Below, one piece after another: positions 29,677-41,509 of a DNA stretch of 64,000 nt (its first letter is position 1; every line of letters begins with the position of its first letter). The translations under genes and the position numbers were made by a program. The notes under the pieces are model-generated. The model did no database searches and had not been told where the DNA came from. It saw nothing but the letters and a program-made list of their open reading frames with translations. Origin of the DNA: an uncultured Acidobacteriota bacterium (GTDB lineage Bacteria > Acidobacteriota > UBA6911 > RPQK01 > JAPXNP01); the NCBI GenBank assembly GCA_963777605.1, contig CAVZRV010000029.1, positions 128,001-192,000 on the forward strand, in the 5' to 3' direction.

Positions 29677-31560
29677 TTGGGAGATACGACCATTCTGGCG
29701 AACCCGTTCGCGGGTGGTTCGCTGCAGCCGGCGGGTGACCCAGTCGTCAATGATTTCAGTATTCAGATTGCCACCGTGAACGGCTCGGGCAGCCAATCTT
29801 CAAACAACGTTCTAATGCGGGCGGTCTTCCACATGGGAATCCCGGTCAGCGGGAAGAACCTGTTTCCGTCCAACATCTCCGGTCTGCCCACCTGGTTCAC
29901 CGTCCGGGCGTCCCGGCACGGCTTCCTGGGACGGAAGAAGGAGATCGACATCCTGGTTGCGATGAATCCGGACACGGCCCGGGAAGATGTAGCGTCTCTC
30001 GATCCGGGAAGGGTCGTCCTCTACGACGAGCGCCTGGACCTGAGCGGAATTCGAGACGACCTGATCTTCTACCCGGTACCCTTCATGGAACTCGCGCGGG
30101 ACCTGGTGGAGGACACGCGACTGCGCAAGCTGGTTGCCAACATGGTTTATGTCGGCAGCCTGGCCGAACTACTGGGTATTCCCATGGAAGAAGTTGACGT
30201 CGCGATCGCACGCTGGTTCCAGTCGAAGCGAAAAGCCATCGAGTTGAACACCAGAGCTGCGCATGAGGGGGCTGAGTACGCCTCGAAGAACCTCGTCAAG
30301 CGTGACCCCTACCGGCTCGAACGGATGAACGCGACCCAGGGCAAGATCATCATAGACGGGAATTCGGCTGCGGCCCTGGGGAGCGTCTTTGCCGGGTTGA
30401 CGGTGGCCACGTGGTACCCGATAACTCCGTCAAGCAGCCTGGCCGAAGGAGTGATCAACTACCTGGAACAGTTCCGCAAGGACCCGGAGACAGGTCGGGC
30501 GACTTACGCCGTGCTCCAAGCCGAGGATGAACTGGCTGCTATCGGAATGGCGCTCGGTGCCGGATGGGCGGGCGCCCGCTCGATGACGGCCACGTCCGGG
30601 CCCGGGATCTCCCTGATGGCCGAACTCGCGGGCTTCGGCTACTTTACCGAAATCCCCTGTGTCATCTTCGATGTTCAGCGAGTCGGCCCCAGTACCGGCT
30701 TGCCCACGCGGACCTCCCAGGGAGACGTGTTTTCCCTCTACTACCTCTCGCACGGAGATACCAAGCACCTGGTGCTCTTTCCCGGAGACATGGTCGAGTG
30801 TTTCGAGATGGCCTACCAGGCCTTCGATCTGGCGGAGGACTTCCAGCAACCGGTCTTCGTTGCCACCGACCTGGACCTGGGCATGAACAACTGGATGTCA
30901 GATCCCTTCACGTACCCGGAGCAGCCGATCTCGCGTGGGAAAGTACTCGATCGCGAAGCGTTGGAAGAGGTGGGCGAGTTTGGGCGCTATCGGGACGTTG
31001 ACGGCGACGGGATTCCCTACCGGACGTTGCCGGGCACCGACCATCCGCTGGCGGCCTATTTTACCCGTGGGAGTGGCCACAACGAGCAGGCCAGGTACTC
31101 CGAGCGGCCGGAGGACTTCGAGGCGCTGATGGACCGGCTCATAACAAAACTCGACGTTGCGCGCACGCGGGTGCCGGCGCCCGTAGTCAACCGCCAGGAG
31201 GGGGCCGACATCGCGATCATTGGATACGGCTCGTCGGATGTGGCAATCGTTGAGAGTCTTTTCCAGTTGAAGACCGAAAGCGGGTTGGCCGCAAACTACC
31301 TGCGGATTCGGGCGCTCCCGTTCGCCTCCGAAGTGGTGGATTTCCTGCAAGAACACGAACGAATCTACGTCGTCGATCAGAACCGGGACGGCCAGATGGC
31401 CGACCTGCTCATGCTCGAAGCCCCCAGTCGGGCAGGCCAAATTCGGAAGATCTGTCATTACAACGGTCTACCTGTCGATGCCCGGTTCATCACAGATGCA
31501 ATCCTGAGAGGGGAAGGTGTCGAGGAAGACCTTTCGTCACAGCGGAGGGCTGCAAGATGA
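29677..31560 (+). CDS. 2-oxoacid:ferredoxin oxidoreductase alpha subunit (gamma-alpha fusion)
   Basis: NGSGSQS, WYPITPSS, QAEDELAA, ATSGPG, QRVGPSTGLPT; probable TTG start at 29677 after GGAGG. Confidence 0.93.
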   Translation: MGDTTILANPFAGGSLQPAGDPVVNDFSIQIATVNGSGSQSSNNVLMRAVFHMGIPVSGKNLFPSNISGLPTWFTVRASRHGFLGRKKEIDILVAMNPDTAREDVASLDPGRVVLYDERLDLSGIRDDLIFYPVPFMELARDLVEDTRLRKLVANMVYVGSLAELLGIPMEEVDVAIARWFQSKRKAIELNTRAAHEGAEYASKNLVKRDPYRLERMNATQGKIIIDGNSAAALGSVFAGLTVATWYPITPSSSLAEGVINYLEQFRKDPETGRATYAVLQAEDELAAIGMALGAGWAGARSMTATSGPGISLMAELAGFGYFTEIPCVIFDVQRVGPSTGLPTRTSQGDVFSLYYLSHGDTKHLVLFPGDMVECFEMAYQAFDLAEDFQQPVFVATDLDLGMNNWMSDPFTYPEQPISRGKVLDREALEEVGEFGRYRDVDGDGIPYRTLPGTDHPLAAYFTRGSGHNEQARYSERPEDFEALMDRLITKLDVARTRVPAPVVNRQEGADIAIIGYGSSDVAIVESLFQLKTESGLAANYLRIRALPFASEVVDFLQEHERIYVVDQNRDGQMADLLMLEAPSRAGQIRKICHYNGLPVDARFITDAILRGEGVEEDLSSQRRAAR

Positions 31561-32591
31561 CGGCTGCGTCGCGAAGAACCAACCAGATCGGACTCACCAG
31601 CGCCGACTACAAGGGAGCGCCTTCGACACTCTGTGCCGGTTGCGGGCACGATGCGATCTCGAGCCAGATCGTAAAGGCATTCTTCGAACTGGGAATCGAG
31701 CCACACCGCGTTGCCAAGATGAGCGGAATCGGTTGTTCCAGCAAGACACCGGCGTACTTTTTGGGGCGGTCCCACGGGTTCAACAGCGTCCACGGGAGGA
31801 TGCCGTCGGTTGCTACCGGGGCGGTAGCGGCCAATCGCACCCTCGTCTGTCTGGGCGTCAGCGGCGACGGTGATACGGCTTCGATCGGGCTGGGCCAGTT
31901 CTGCCACTTGCTCAGGCGGAACGTCCCGATGGTCTATGTGCTCGAGAACAATGGAGTCTACGGGCTGACGAAGGGACAGTTTTCTGCAACGGCTGACCGT
32001 GGAAGCCGGCTCAAGACCGGTCTGATGAACGAGCTTCCTCCGATCGACATTTGCAAGCTGGCCATTGAAATGGGATGCGCCTACGTCGGGCGGACTTTCG
32101 CGGCTGACCCGAGGCAGCTGGTTGCGCTCCTGAAGGGGGCCCTCAGTCACCGGGGAACGGCCGTTCTCGACGTACTCAGCCCGTGCGTCACCTTCAATGA
32201 TCACGAGGGTTCGACCAAGAGTTATCAGTGGGGCAAGGCAAGGGAAGAACTTCTCCACCAGGTAGACTTCGTTCCCCATTATGAGCCCCTGCCCGAGGTT
32301 GACTATTCGGATGACGGAGTAGCCGACGTCCAGTTGCACGACGGATCAAAACTGAGGCTCCGAAAGGTGAATCGTGAGTACGATCCGACCGATCTGGGCC
32401 CGGCTCTCAAAATGCTGCGGCAGAGCCGCGAAGCGGGAGAGTTCCTGACCGGACTCGTCTACTTCAACCCGGTCGAGGAGGATCTGATCGATCGGCTTCA
32501 ACTCGTTGACACGCCACTGGCCCTGCTCCCGGAAAGCCAAATCAAGCCTGGGCCGGAAGCCCTGGCCGAGGCGATGGAGGAATTCCGGTAA
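31557..32591 (+). CDS. 2-oxoacid:ferredoxin oxidoreductase beta subunit
   Basis: LCAGCGH, SGIGCSS, HGR, GDGD TPP motif, NNGVYGLTKGQ, SPCVTFN. Confidence 0.95.
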   Translation: MTAASRRTNQIGLTSADYKGAPSTLCAGCGHDAISSQIVKAFFELGIEPHRVAKMSGIGCSSKTPAYFLGRSHGFNSVHGRMPSVATGAVAANRTLVCLGVSGDGDTASIGLGQFCHLLRRNVPMVYVLENNGVYGLTKGQFSATADRGSRLKTGLMNELPPIDICKLAIEMGCAYVGRTFAADPRQLVALLKGALSHRGTAVLDVLSPCVTFNDHEGSTKSYQWGKAREELLHQVDFVPHYEPLPEVDYSDDGVADVQLHDGSKLRLRKVNREYDPTDLGPALKMLRQSREAGEFLTGLVYFNPVEEDLIDRLQLVDTPLALLPESQIKPGPEALAEAMEEFR

Positions 32592-32659
32592 ATAATCCGG
32601 ATGCATTAATCCGAACTTTTGTGCAAACTGATGCCATTAGTTTCCAGGGGGAGGGACTG

Positions 32660-35600
32660 ATGGGGTGTCGAAGCACGAACTTTCGAATGCAGGTCGTTCC
32701 GGAACGGCGAAGGGCTTGCCGGATCTTTGGATGGGCGATTGTCATAGGGCTGACGTTGGCAGGATCGAGCCTTTACCCGGCCAGCCGGCTCATTTTCCCC
32801 CGGTTCTCGTTTGACTCGGGGACGATCACCGGCATCGCGTTGGCCAACCCGACCGTCCAGGATGCTTCCGTGACTCTGGTTGTTCGCGGGCCTGACGGGA
32901 AACCGCTGACGGGAAGCGGATTCAGCAGCCAGAAGACCTGGACGGTCAAAAAGGGCCAGCAGTCGGCGAGGCTGCTCAACGAATGGTTCGGTGCTGCGCT
33001 TCCGGCTGACAAGATCGGATGGATCGAGGCCACCAGCCCGGTGGACGGCATCACGGGGTTCTTCCTGTTTCTGAATCTCGAGGGCACCGAGTTTGACGGC
33101 GCCGACTTGCCGGCTTCGGCACCGGAGTTGGTGTTTAACCAGGTGGAAGCCGGTTCGCGGACCAGCACCGAGCTGAACCTGGTCAATACCAGCGACTCGG
33201 TCGCCCAGGTGACGCTCCGCCTGAACGGTCCCGGAATTCCTCCCATTACCAAGAGTGTGACGATCGCCTCGAAAGGAATGACGCAGGCTCGATGCCGCCC
33301 AGTTTTTCGGGGTAGGCCAGATCCCGGGGAGTTCGTACGTCCGGGTCCTGGCCAACGTACCGGTGGCCGGATTCGAGTTCGTCAAGGATTCCCAGGGCGA
33401 CCTGATCGGTCTGAACGCCCAGCACGAGCGGGAGCGACTCAGCGAGATCTACTTCCCCCAGATGGCAGTTCAGGGTCCCTGGAAGACAGAAATCGGATTG
33501 GTCAACTACTCGGCTTCTCCTGTCATTCTGACGATTACTGCCTACAAGGCCGACGGGTCGCTGTACGGTTCGGACAACCTCAAGAACAACCCGGTCAATT
33601 ACAGCCTGGACAAGGGTGCCTCCATGAGGGAAGACGTGGCCGCCCTGTTCGGGTTCAAGGGACAGAACACCCTGGACGGGTGGATCAGAGTTCAGGCGAC
33701 CAGTCCTTCCGTCAACGGCTACATTCGGTATGGCCTCCCGGTCGCCGGATCGGTGGCCCTGGTGGCGGCTCCCGCTGCGGGGGTGACGCGGGCATTGTTC
33801 TCCCATATAGCCACGATCGGTGACTTCTTCACCGGCCTGGCGCTGCTCAACCCGGGGTCGGTCGTAGCCAACGTCCGGGTGATGGCCTTCACGCCGGGCG
33901 GGAAGGCCCTGGGGATCTTCGATACTGTGGTTGCTCCGGGGCACCGGATCAGCAAACTCATCAACGAACTGATTCCCAAGGCAGCCGGCCAGGGGGGCGG
34001 TTTCATTTGGGTCAAGAGTGACGTCCCGGTGTTTGCCACCTCCCTGTTTGGTAGCGGCAAGATCCTGGCGAATATCCCGCCGCAGGCGGTGGCGAACCAG
34101 TTTGTTCCCGAGGGAGGTTCGGCCGCCGGATTGACCATCTCTCCTCCGGCTGCGTTGCTCCAACCGGCGTCGGGCCAGACGTTCCAGCTCTCGGGTGCGT
34201 CGGGCTCGGTGATCTGGAAGGTCAACGGAATCGCGGGCGGGGACGATATCGTCGGGCGAATCAAAAGCGGGGTCTACACGGCACCGCCCAACCCCCCCGA
34301 CCCCCAGTCGGTCACGATTTCCGCCGAGAACTCCGGGCGCTCGGTGGGGGCTTCGGTTGACCTGGTCAGGAAGGAAGAGCTTTTCAGTGGGTTGGGTCTG
34401 GTCCAGGCGGTGGCCTATCTCTCTTCGCTGAAGAGACTGTACGAAGCGGAGTTGAGTGGCATTTCAACCGGAGATGAGAGCGGTTCCGAGATAGAACCTG
34501 CCGCCGCCCGGAGTTCCATCTACTATCTCCCTCCTACGGGCCAGCGGCAGACGGTGATCACAATCGAGAACGAAGAAATCGCCGACATGGTTCCGTTTAC
34601 GGCTTCGGGAGGGAAGGAGTACATGCTTCTTGCGGCCAGGAAGTCCGGCCGGATTCTGAGGCTGGATCCGGACCAGCCTCAGAATCCGTACGAAGTGGCC
34701 AGGGGTTTGTCCCTGCCCTCCTCGATGGTGGTCGACCGGGTCAGCGGAAACCTGCTGGTGGCGGAAGCTGATCGGATCAGTACGGTTCCCCGACAGTCCC
34801 TGGAGGCGGGGCTGCGCAGCCAGTCCCAGGCGTTGAAGAAACATTTCCCGATGCCGGGGCCGGTTCGGGCCTCGTCGCTGGTTCAGGCGTCGGCTTCGAG
34901 CCTTGCCGTGGACGAGTGCACGGGGAACGTCTACTTCACCGACCTGGAGGCAGGAACGGTCAATGTCTATTCGAAAGCGACCGGTCAGATTTCGGTGGCC
35001 GCCGAGAATTTCACGGCCCCGACAGACATTCTGGCCATCTACCGCGAGGGGATCTCCTGCCCGGCGGCACTCAACCTGCTCGTTGTGGAGCGGAACGCTT
35101 TGGATCCGGACGAAGGCTGGGTGACTCTGGTCCTTCCCTACAGTGGACAGCAGTACATCTGGTTCGAAGTCCCGGCCGCCTTCGACGTGACCTTCCTTCC
35201 GGAGGACAACCCCTACACGGAAGTTGCCGGCATCCTGTTCGGCCAGATTGTCAACCAGGAAGTCGACCTCTTCTTTGCCGACCTCCCCGATGATTACAAT
35301 CTCCATCCGACCAACGGTCTTACCGACAGCCTTTGCGTGGGGAGCGTGTTTCTGGGCGATCCCGATTTCGAGTCCGTTATCCGGGAAGGGCTGGGCCTGG
35401 GTCCCGGTGGCGTGATCGGCTGCGACCGGGCCCAGGGGCTGGCTTCGATCGACGCCCCGACCCGGGAGATCCTCTTTTTGGACGGGATCGAGTTCTTCCC
35501 GCTTCTCCAGGATGTCCGCCTGGAAGACAACTACATTTTCGACCTCGAACCGCTGAAGCCACTCTCCCTGGTCCACACGCTGGACCTCTCCGACAACCTC

Positions 35601-36290
35601 CTGTTCGATGTCGATGCGCTTTCCGACCTCGACCTGCTCTGGCGGCTTGACGTGTCAAACAACCTGATCTCCGATGTCTCTCCCCTCATTACGCTATGGG
35701 ACCTGGATTACCTGGACCTGAGCGACAATCTCATTGACGATATCGATTCCCTGGTCTTCAACTTCGGGCTGGGAGATGGGGACTTTGTCGACTTGAGCGA
35801 CAACCTGTTGGATTTTGGAGACTGCCGTGGGATCCGGCAGCTCGAGATCCAGGGGGTCGAGGTCAACGTCGATGCCGTGCTTGACTGCGAAGGCACCTTG
35901 GCTCCAGGAGATTTAGGGGTTTTCATTTCTGCGGAGCCCCAGACCGTGCCCTATGGCGGTTATCTTACGTACACAACCGTCCTGAGAAACTGGAACAACG
36001 ATCTTCCTGCGACGGATGTGCTCTTCGTCAATCTGTTGCCATTCGAAGGGACCTTCATCGACTTCAACGTGGAAGGCCTGGGCGGCGAGTGCGAGACATT
36101 TGAAGATGTCCTGCTGGTCTGTTACTTTCCGGAGATTCGGGCCGGATACTACTTCCAGTTCCCCTTTCAAATTCAGGTCTTTGGCCTACCGGGAGACATT
36201 ATTCAAAACTATGCATGGGTCTCGAGCGAAGAGTACGATGTCGATATTTCAGACAACCGGAACGTGCTGAACACGCAGATTTCCCCGTAG
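32660..36290 (+). CDS. Large exported multidomain surface protein with Ig-like, beta-propeller, LRR and DUF11-like parts (frameshift ~33283)
   Basis: Signal peptide; repeated modules starting LIFP/LVFNQ/IYFPQ/LFSH; VIWKVNG..GVYTAP; LDLSDNLI repeats; removing one base at 33281-33284 joins ORFs 32621 and 33363. Confidence 0.7.
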
Positions 36291-36306
36291 CGGACGGTGC
36301 CGGGCT

Positions 36307-36484
36307 GGCCCCTGAAGGGGGCCTGTCTCCAGCCCAGGCATTTGCCTGGGTGCACGGTCCACCCATCAAGAATCCAGCCCTGTAGGGGCTGAACACCTCT
36401 TCGGACGAGGTGAATCCGGGGTGCGACCTTACAGGCCGCGATCGCCTTGCCGGGACCTGAAACCAAGGCGCCTCAGCGCCTGGT
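36307..36484. repeat. REP-like hairpin cluster
   Basis: GGCCCC-TGAAG-GGGGCC, CCCAGGCA-TT-TGCCTGGG, CAGCCC-TGTAG-GGGCTG, ACCAAGGCGC/GCGCCTGGT. Confidence 0.7.
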
Positions 36485-36487
36485 GCC

Positions 36488-36540
36488 GAGTTTCACTCTC
36501 CGAATGGTCCGGCGCGGCCGGGGGCTGCGCTGACCTCGAA
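36488..36540 (-). repeat. Dispersed ~55-bp repeat, copy C
   Basis: Minus strand reads ...CCCCCGGCCGCGCCGGACCATTCGGAGAGTGAAACTC, matching 51315-51370 and 50870-50926. Confidence 0.85.
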
Positions 36541-36570
36541 TCAGCAAATCGCAGATCGTAGATGTTACTG

Positions 36571-37818
36571 TTACCAACGTCGCGGGGCGTCCTCGATCAC
36601 CCGGACCGTGTCGCGGGCGATCAGGAGTTCCTCGTTGGTCGGAAAGACGTAGGCTTTGAGCTTGCTGTTCTGCTGCGAGATCAGGCCGGCCTTTCCCGCG
36701 GACATCTGCTGGTTCGCCTCTTCGTCCAGCTTGAGTCCGATGCACTGGAGTCCATCGCAGATTTTGGACCGGATCAGCGCGGCGTTTTCCCCGACTCCGC
36801 CGGTGAAGACCACGGCCTGGGCACCCCCCATCAGGACGAAGTAGCGGCCGATGTATCCCTTGACTCGGCGGCAGTAAATCTCGATGGCCAACCTGGCGCG
36901 ACGGTCGTCGTTCTCGGCGGCTTCCTGGAGCAGTTCACGCATGTCGCTGGTCAGGCCCGAGAGCCCCAGCAGTCCAGACTGCTTGTTGAGGAGAGTCATG
37001 ATCTCGGGCACGCTCATGCCTTCCTTGTGCATGAGGAACTCGAGAATCGAGGGATCGACGTCACCTGACCGGGTTCCCATAAGGAGCCCTTCCAGCGGAG
37101 TGAATCCCATCGACGTGTCCACCGACTCCCCACCCTCGATCGCGCAGGCCGAGCAGCCGTTGCCGAGGTGCAGAGTGATGATGTCCACGTCCTCGGGCTT
37201 CTTTTTGGTCACCTGCCGGTAGCGGTAGGCGACGTAGCGGTGAGAGGTCCCGTGAAAGCCGTAACGGCGCACCTTGTGGCGCCGGTAGAGCTGGTAGGGG
37301 ATTCCGTACAGGTAGGAGGTTTCCGGCATCAGGGAATGGAAAGCCGTGTCGAACACCGCAACCTGCGGGACGCCCTCCCCGAAGAGTTCGTTGGCCGCTC
37401 GAATACCCCTGAGGTTGGCCGGATTGTGCAGAGGAGCCAGTTCGATGCAGTCTTCGATCATCTCGATGATCTGCTGTTCGATCCTGACTGAACGGCGAAG
37501 CTTTTCGCCCCCGTGGACAACGCGGTGGCCGATCGCATGGATATCCTTGATCGACCGGATTGAGGAAATGTTGGACTCGGGCGAGATGATCCATCGGAGG
37601 ATCAGATCGAGGGCCTCCCGGTGATTGCGCAACGGGGTGTCCTTCCTGACCGGAGACTGGCCCTCGGCCTGGAGGGTGATCAACGAGTGGGAGCCAACTC
37701 GTTCGAGGACTCCCCGGGCTAATCGTCGATCCGAGTCTTTAGCGATCAGGTCCAAGTCCGTTTCGATGATCTGGAACTTAACAGAAGATGAGCCGCAGTT
37801 GAGGACCAATATGTTCAT
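36571..37818 (-). CDS. ackA: Acetate kinase
   Basis: VLNCGSSSVK, HRVVHGG, LAPLHNP, FDTAFH, YGFHGTSH, HLGNG, TNEEL. Confidence 0.98.
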   Translation of the reverse strand: MNILVLNCGSSSVKFQIIETDLDLIAKDSDRRLARGVLERVGSHSLITLQAEGQSPVRKDTPLRNHREALDLILRWIISPESNISSIRSIKDIHAIGHRVVHGGEKLRRSVRIEQQIIEMIEDCIELAPLHNPANLRGIRAANELFGEGVPQVAVFDTAFHSLMPETSYLYGIPYQLYRRHKVRRYGFHGTSHRYVAYRYRQVTKKKPEDVDIITLHLGNGCSACAIEGGESVDTSMGFTPLEGLLMGTRSGDVDPSILEFLMHKEGMSVPEIMTLLNKQSGLLGLSGLTSDMRELLQEAAENDDRRARLAIEIYCRRVKGYIGRYFVLMGGAQAVVFTGGVGENAALIRSKICDGLQCIGLKLDEEANQQMSAGKAGLISQQNSKLKAYVFPTNEELLIARDTVRVIEDAPRRW

Positions 37819-37919
37819 AACATGTGCAGTCTATCACTGGCATTACGAGATGTGGATGAGGGACTGTGAAAACCACAAACAAGGATGACCCGGCGGCCAA
37901 TGATCGGTATATTTCATCT

Positions 37920-40743
37920 ATGAATCTTAATAGCCGTATCGGCCTGATTGTTTCCCTGGCAGCAGCCCTTGCGAGTTCGGTTGGAAGTTATGCTACTCCG
38001 GCGGCCACGGAGACGACCCCGTCGATTCCGCTTCCCGAGCATCCCCGCCCCGATCTTCGCCGCCCGGACTGGGTCAACCTGAACGGCTGGTGGAACTTCC
38101 GGTTCGATCCCAGTGATCGGGGTGTCGGAGAGCACTGGCAGGCCTCTCCGGGCGACTTCGGCCGGAAGATCCAGGTGCCGTTCCCGTGGGGCTCTCCGCT
38201 GTCCGGCCTCTCCGACGAGGCAACAATCGGCTGGTATTCGAGGGAGATCACGGTTCCCTCCGATTGGAGCGGGAAGCGGGTGTTTATCGTGATCGGGGCC
38301 TGTGACTGGCGCACGACGGTATGGCTTGACGACAGGGAGCTGGGGACCCATGAGGGAGGCTACATCCCCTTCGAGTTCGAGTTGACCCCGAGTGTCCGAT
38401 TCGGGGAACGGCAGCGGCTCGTTGTTCGAGCCGACGACCAGCCCCGCTCCTTCAAGTTGGAAGGTAAACAGGGTTACGGTAACGCGCGCGGGATCTGGCA
38501 GACTGTTTACCTGGAGGCAAGGGGAACCGACCCGGTCAGGTCCCTCCACTTCCTTCCCGATATCCGGGAGGGAATGGCCCGGGTGAAGCTTCAGCTGCTT
38601 GAACCTGCGAAGAGCGGCCTGGAGTGCCGGCTCCAACTGGCCAACGTCGATGCAGCACCAGTCGAACTGCAGATCGAAAAGGGACAGAGTGAAACCGAGT
38701 TTACCGTTTCGATACCAGAGGCGCGGCTGTGGTCTCTCGAGGATCCCTTTATTTACGACGTCGAGTTTACGACGCACAGCCCAGGCGGCGTTGACGACAC
38801 CCTTGAGACCTATTTTGGAATGCGGGAGTTGGGGGTTGTTGAACTCCCCGGCAGCGCTTACAGCTATGTTTCTCTCAACGGGCAGCCCGTCTACCTCCAG
38901 CTGACTCTGGACCAGGCCTACAACCCGGAGGGCTTCTACACCTTCCCGTCCGATGACTTCATGCGGGACGAGATCATCCGCTCCCTGAAGATCGGGCTGA
39001 ACGGAATGCGCGTCCACGTCAAGACCGCCATTCCCCGAAAGCTCTACTGGGCCGACCGGCTCGGCATGTTGATCATGGCAGACATTCCCAACAGTTGGGG
39101 GGAGCCGACTCCGGACATGAAAGCCGACGTGGAGAGGACCATGCTGGGCGCGATGGAGCGGGACTTCAACCATCCAGCCATTTTCAGCTGGGTGCTTTTC
39201 AACGAGACCTGGGGCTTGATGACCAAGGATCAGGGGTACACTCCGGCGACCCAGGCCTGGGTCAAGTCGATGTGGGAACAGGCCAAGCAGATCGATCCCA
39301 CTCGGCTCATCGAAGACAATTCGGCAAACCGAAGGGATCATGTCGTCACTGACCTGAACACGCTGGCACGACTACCTTCCGGGCTATGCGTGGCTGGAGC
39401 ACCTGGCTGAGATCGACCGCGACACCTATCCCGGATCAAACTGGAATTTCGTGACGGGCATGACGCAAGGGAAGCAGCCCATGCTCAACAGCGAGTGCGG
39501 AAACGTCTGGGGCTACGAAGGGAGCACCGGAGACGTCGACTGGTCCTGGGACTACCACCTCATGATGAACGCATTCCGCAGGTTTCCAAAGGTCTCGGGA
39601 TGGCTCTACACGGAGCATCACGACGTCATCAACGAGTGGAACGGTTACTATCGCTATGATCGCTCCGAGAAAGAGACCGGAATGGGCTCGATCGTCAGGG
39701 GCATGTCACTGAACGATCTCCATTCACCGGTATACCTTGTTGCCGGGGCCGAGCTTTGCACCGAGGTGGAGCCGGGCTCGACCGTGGACGTGCCCTTGTG
39801 GCTGTCGGTTCACCAACTCGATGCCGGCCCAACCGGGGGGCGGCTCGAGGCTGGCCTCTACGGATGGAATGATCTCGGTCAGTACAAGCAGTACTGGAGT
39901 TCCAACCGTTCGCTCGCCCTCGAGCCTTGGAGCACTCGAAAGCTTGAGGACCTTGCGGTACCGATTCCGAATGAACGCTCGCTCCTGGTCCTGTCTCTAA
40001 GCGTCGAGGGGGAGGATGGGGTGCCGATTCACCGGAACTTCACGACTTTTCTGGCCGGCGCCGGCCCGGCTCCTCGAAACGAAGTACGAGCTCTCGCCGA
40101 AGGCGACGTGCGCTTGCTGCGCTTCTCGCCGGGCAGCTACAGTCGAAGCGAGTGGAAAGACGGATTCGAATCAAAAGTACTGGACGGGCTAAAGGTCAAC
40201 GGTTCCCGAACGGGCTTTTTCGAGTACGAGGTCGAGATGCCAGGTGATGTCGATCTCGGATCGATTCGTCAGGGTTTTCTGGTTGCCGAGGTCTCTTCCC
40301 GTCCCATTCTGGGCCGTGATGTGCAGGGAAAAGGGAAGCTCGAAGGCGACTACATGCTGGGCCGCGGGGCCCACGACCCGAGCCTGAACCCAAACGCCTA
40401 CCCGATGACCGACACCCTTGTTTCCCCATCCCGGGTTAGAATCGTAGTCAATGGCAAGACGGCAGGGTCGGCATTCCTGCCTGACGATCCGGCCGATCAC
40501 CGGGGCATTCTTTCCTGGTTTTCACAGCCCCACGATCGGCACCTTCGGGAAGCGGGTACGTTCGGATATCTGGTTAACGTGCCGATTCCGGCAGAAGTTC
40601 TGGCCCAGGGCGGATCCGGCAAACGGATCGTGCGGATTCGATTCGAAGTGGATGACGCTTTCCCCGGGGGGTTGGCAATCTACGGCGAGCGGTTTGGCCG
40701 TTATCCGCTGGACCCAACGCTCGGGCTGGTCCTTCGGGACTAG
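37920..40743 (+). CDS. Secreted glycoside hydrolase family 2 (frameshift ~39361)
   Basis: EHPRP, HEGGY, GIWQTVYLE, LDQAY, RVHVK, FNETWG, NSECG; removing one base at 39360-39363 restores DLN(S/T)WHDYLPG and joins both ORFs. Confidence 0.85.
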
Positions 40744-40777
40744 TGACAGGACACTAGACCCGGGAAAGGTGGTGGGG

Positions 40778-41488
40778 ATGAATCTCGAATATGGCGAACG
40801 CAGTGTCGTGGTGACCGGGGGAGCCGGCGCCCTGGGGAGGAGCGTTGTGCATTCTCTCCTTAAGGAAGGAGCCGAGTGCTTCGTTCCGGTCCATTCGGCA
40901 GATGGGCTTGACGGGATCTCCTGGAACGCGCACGAACGAGTGCATGTCGCTAGCGGAATCGACCTCGCCGACGAGAGTTCGGTGGTTGCCTACTATTCGC
41001 AGTTGGATGGACTTTGGGCATCGATTCACTGCGCCGGTGGTTTCGAGATGGGCCCTTTCACCGAGACCGGGTTGACAGACTTTGAGCGCCAGCAGCGGAT
41101 CAATCTCGTGACCTGTTTTCTCTGTTGCCGGGAGGCGGCGAAGGCGATTTCCCGTTGTCCAGGGCAAGGAGGGAGGATCGTAAATCTGACCGCTCGCGGG
41201 GCTCTTGAGCCGCGGTTGGGGGCCGGAACGGTGTCGTATACAGTTTCCAAAGCTGCTGTTGCCGCACTCACGATCAGTCTTGCCGAAGAACTGGCCGGTG
41301 CTTCGGTCTGGGTGAATGCCGTGGCTCCGTCGATCATGGACACCCCGTCCAACCGGGAGGCCATGTCGGACGCTGATTTCAGCCAGTGGCCCACGACCGG
41401 CGACGTTGCTTCAACCATCCTGTTCCTGGCGTCACCGGCGAACCGCAGCACCCGGGGGGCCATTGTTCCGGTTTACGGTCGATCCTGA
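40778..41488 (+). CDS. Short-chain dehydrogenase/reductase
   Basis: TGGAGALG, YTVSK (YxxxK), VNAVAPS; start moved to 40778. Confidence 0.9.
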   Translation: MNLEYGERSVVVTGGAGALGRSVVHSLLKEGAECFVPVHSADGLDGISWNAHERVHVASGIDLADESSVVAYYSQLDGLWASIHCAGGFEMGPFTETGLTDFERQQRINLVTCFLCCREAAKAISRCPGQGGRIVNLTARGALEPRLGAGTVSYTVSKAAVAALTISLAEELAGASVWVNAVAPSIMDTPSNREAMSDADFSQWPTTGDVASTILFLASPANRSTRGAIVPVYGRS

Positions 41489-41509
41489 CTAAGATCAGGA
41501 GCGGGAGAC

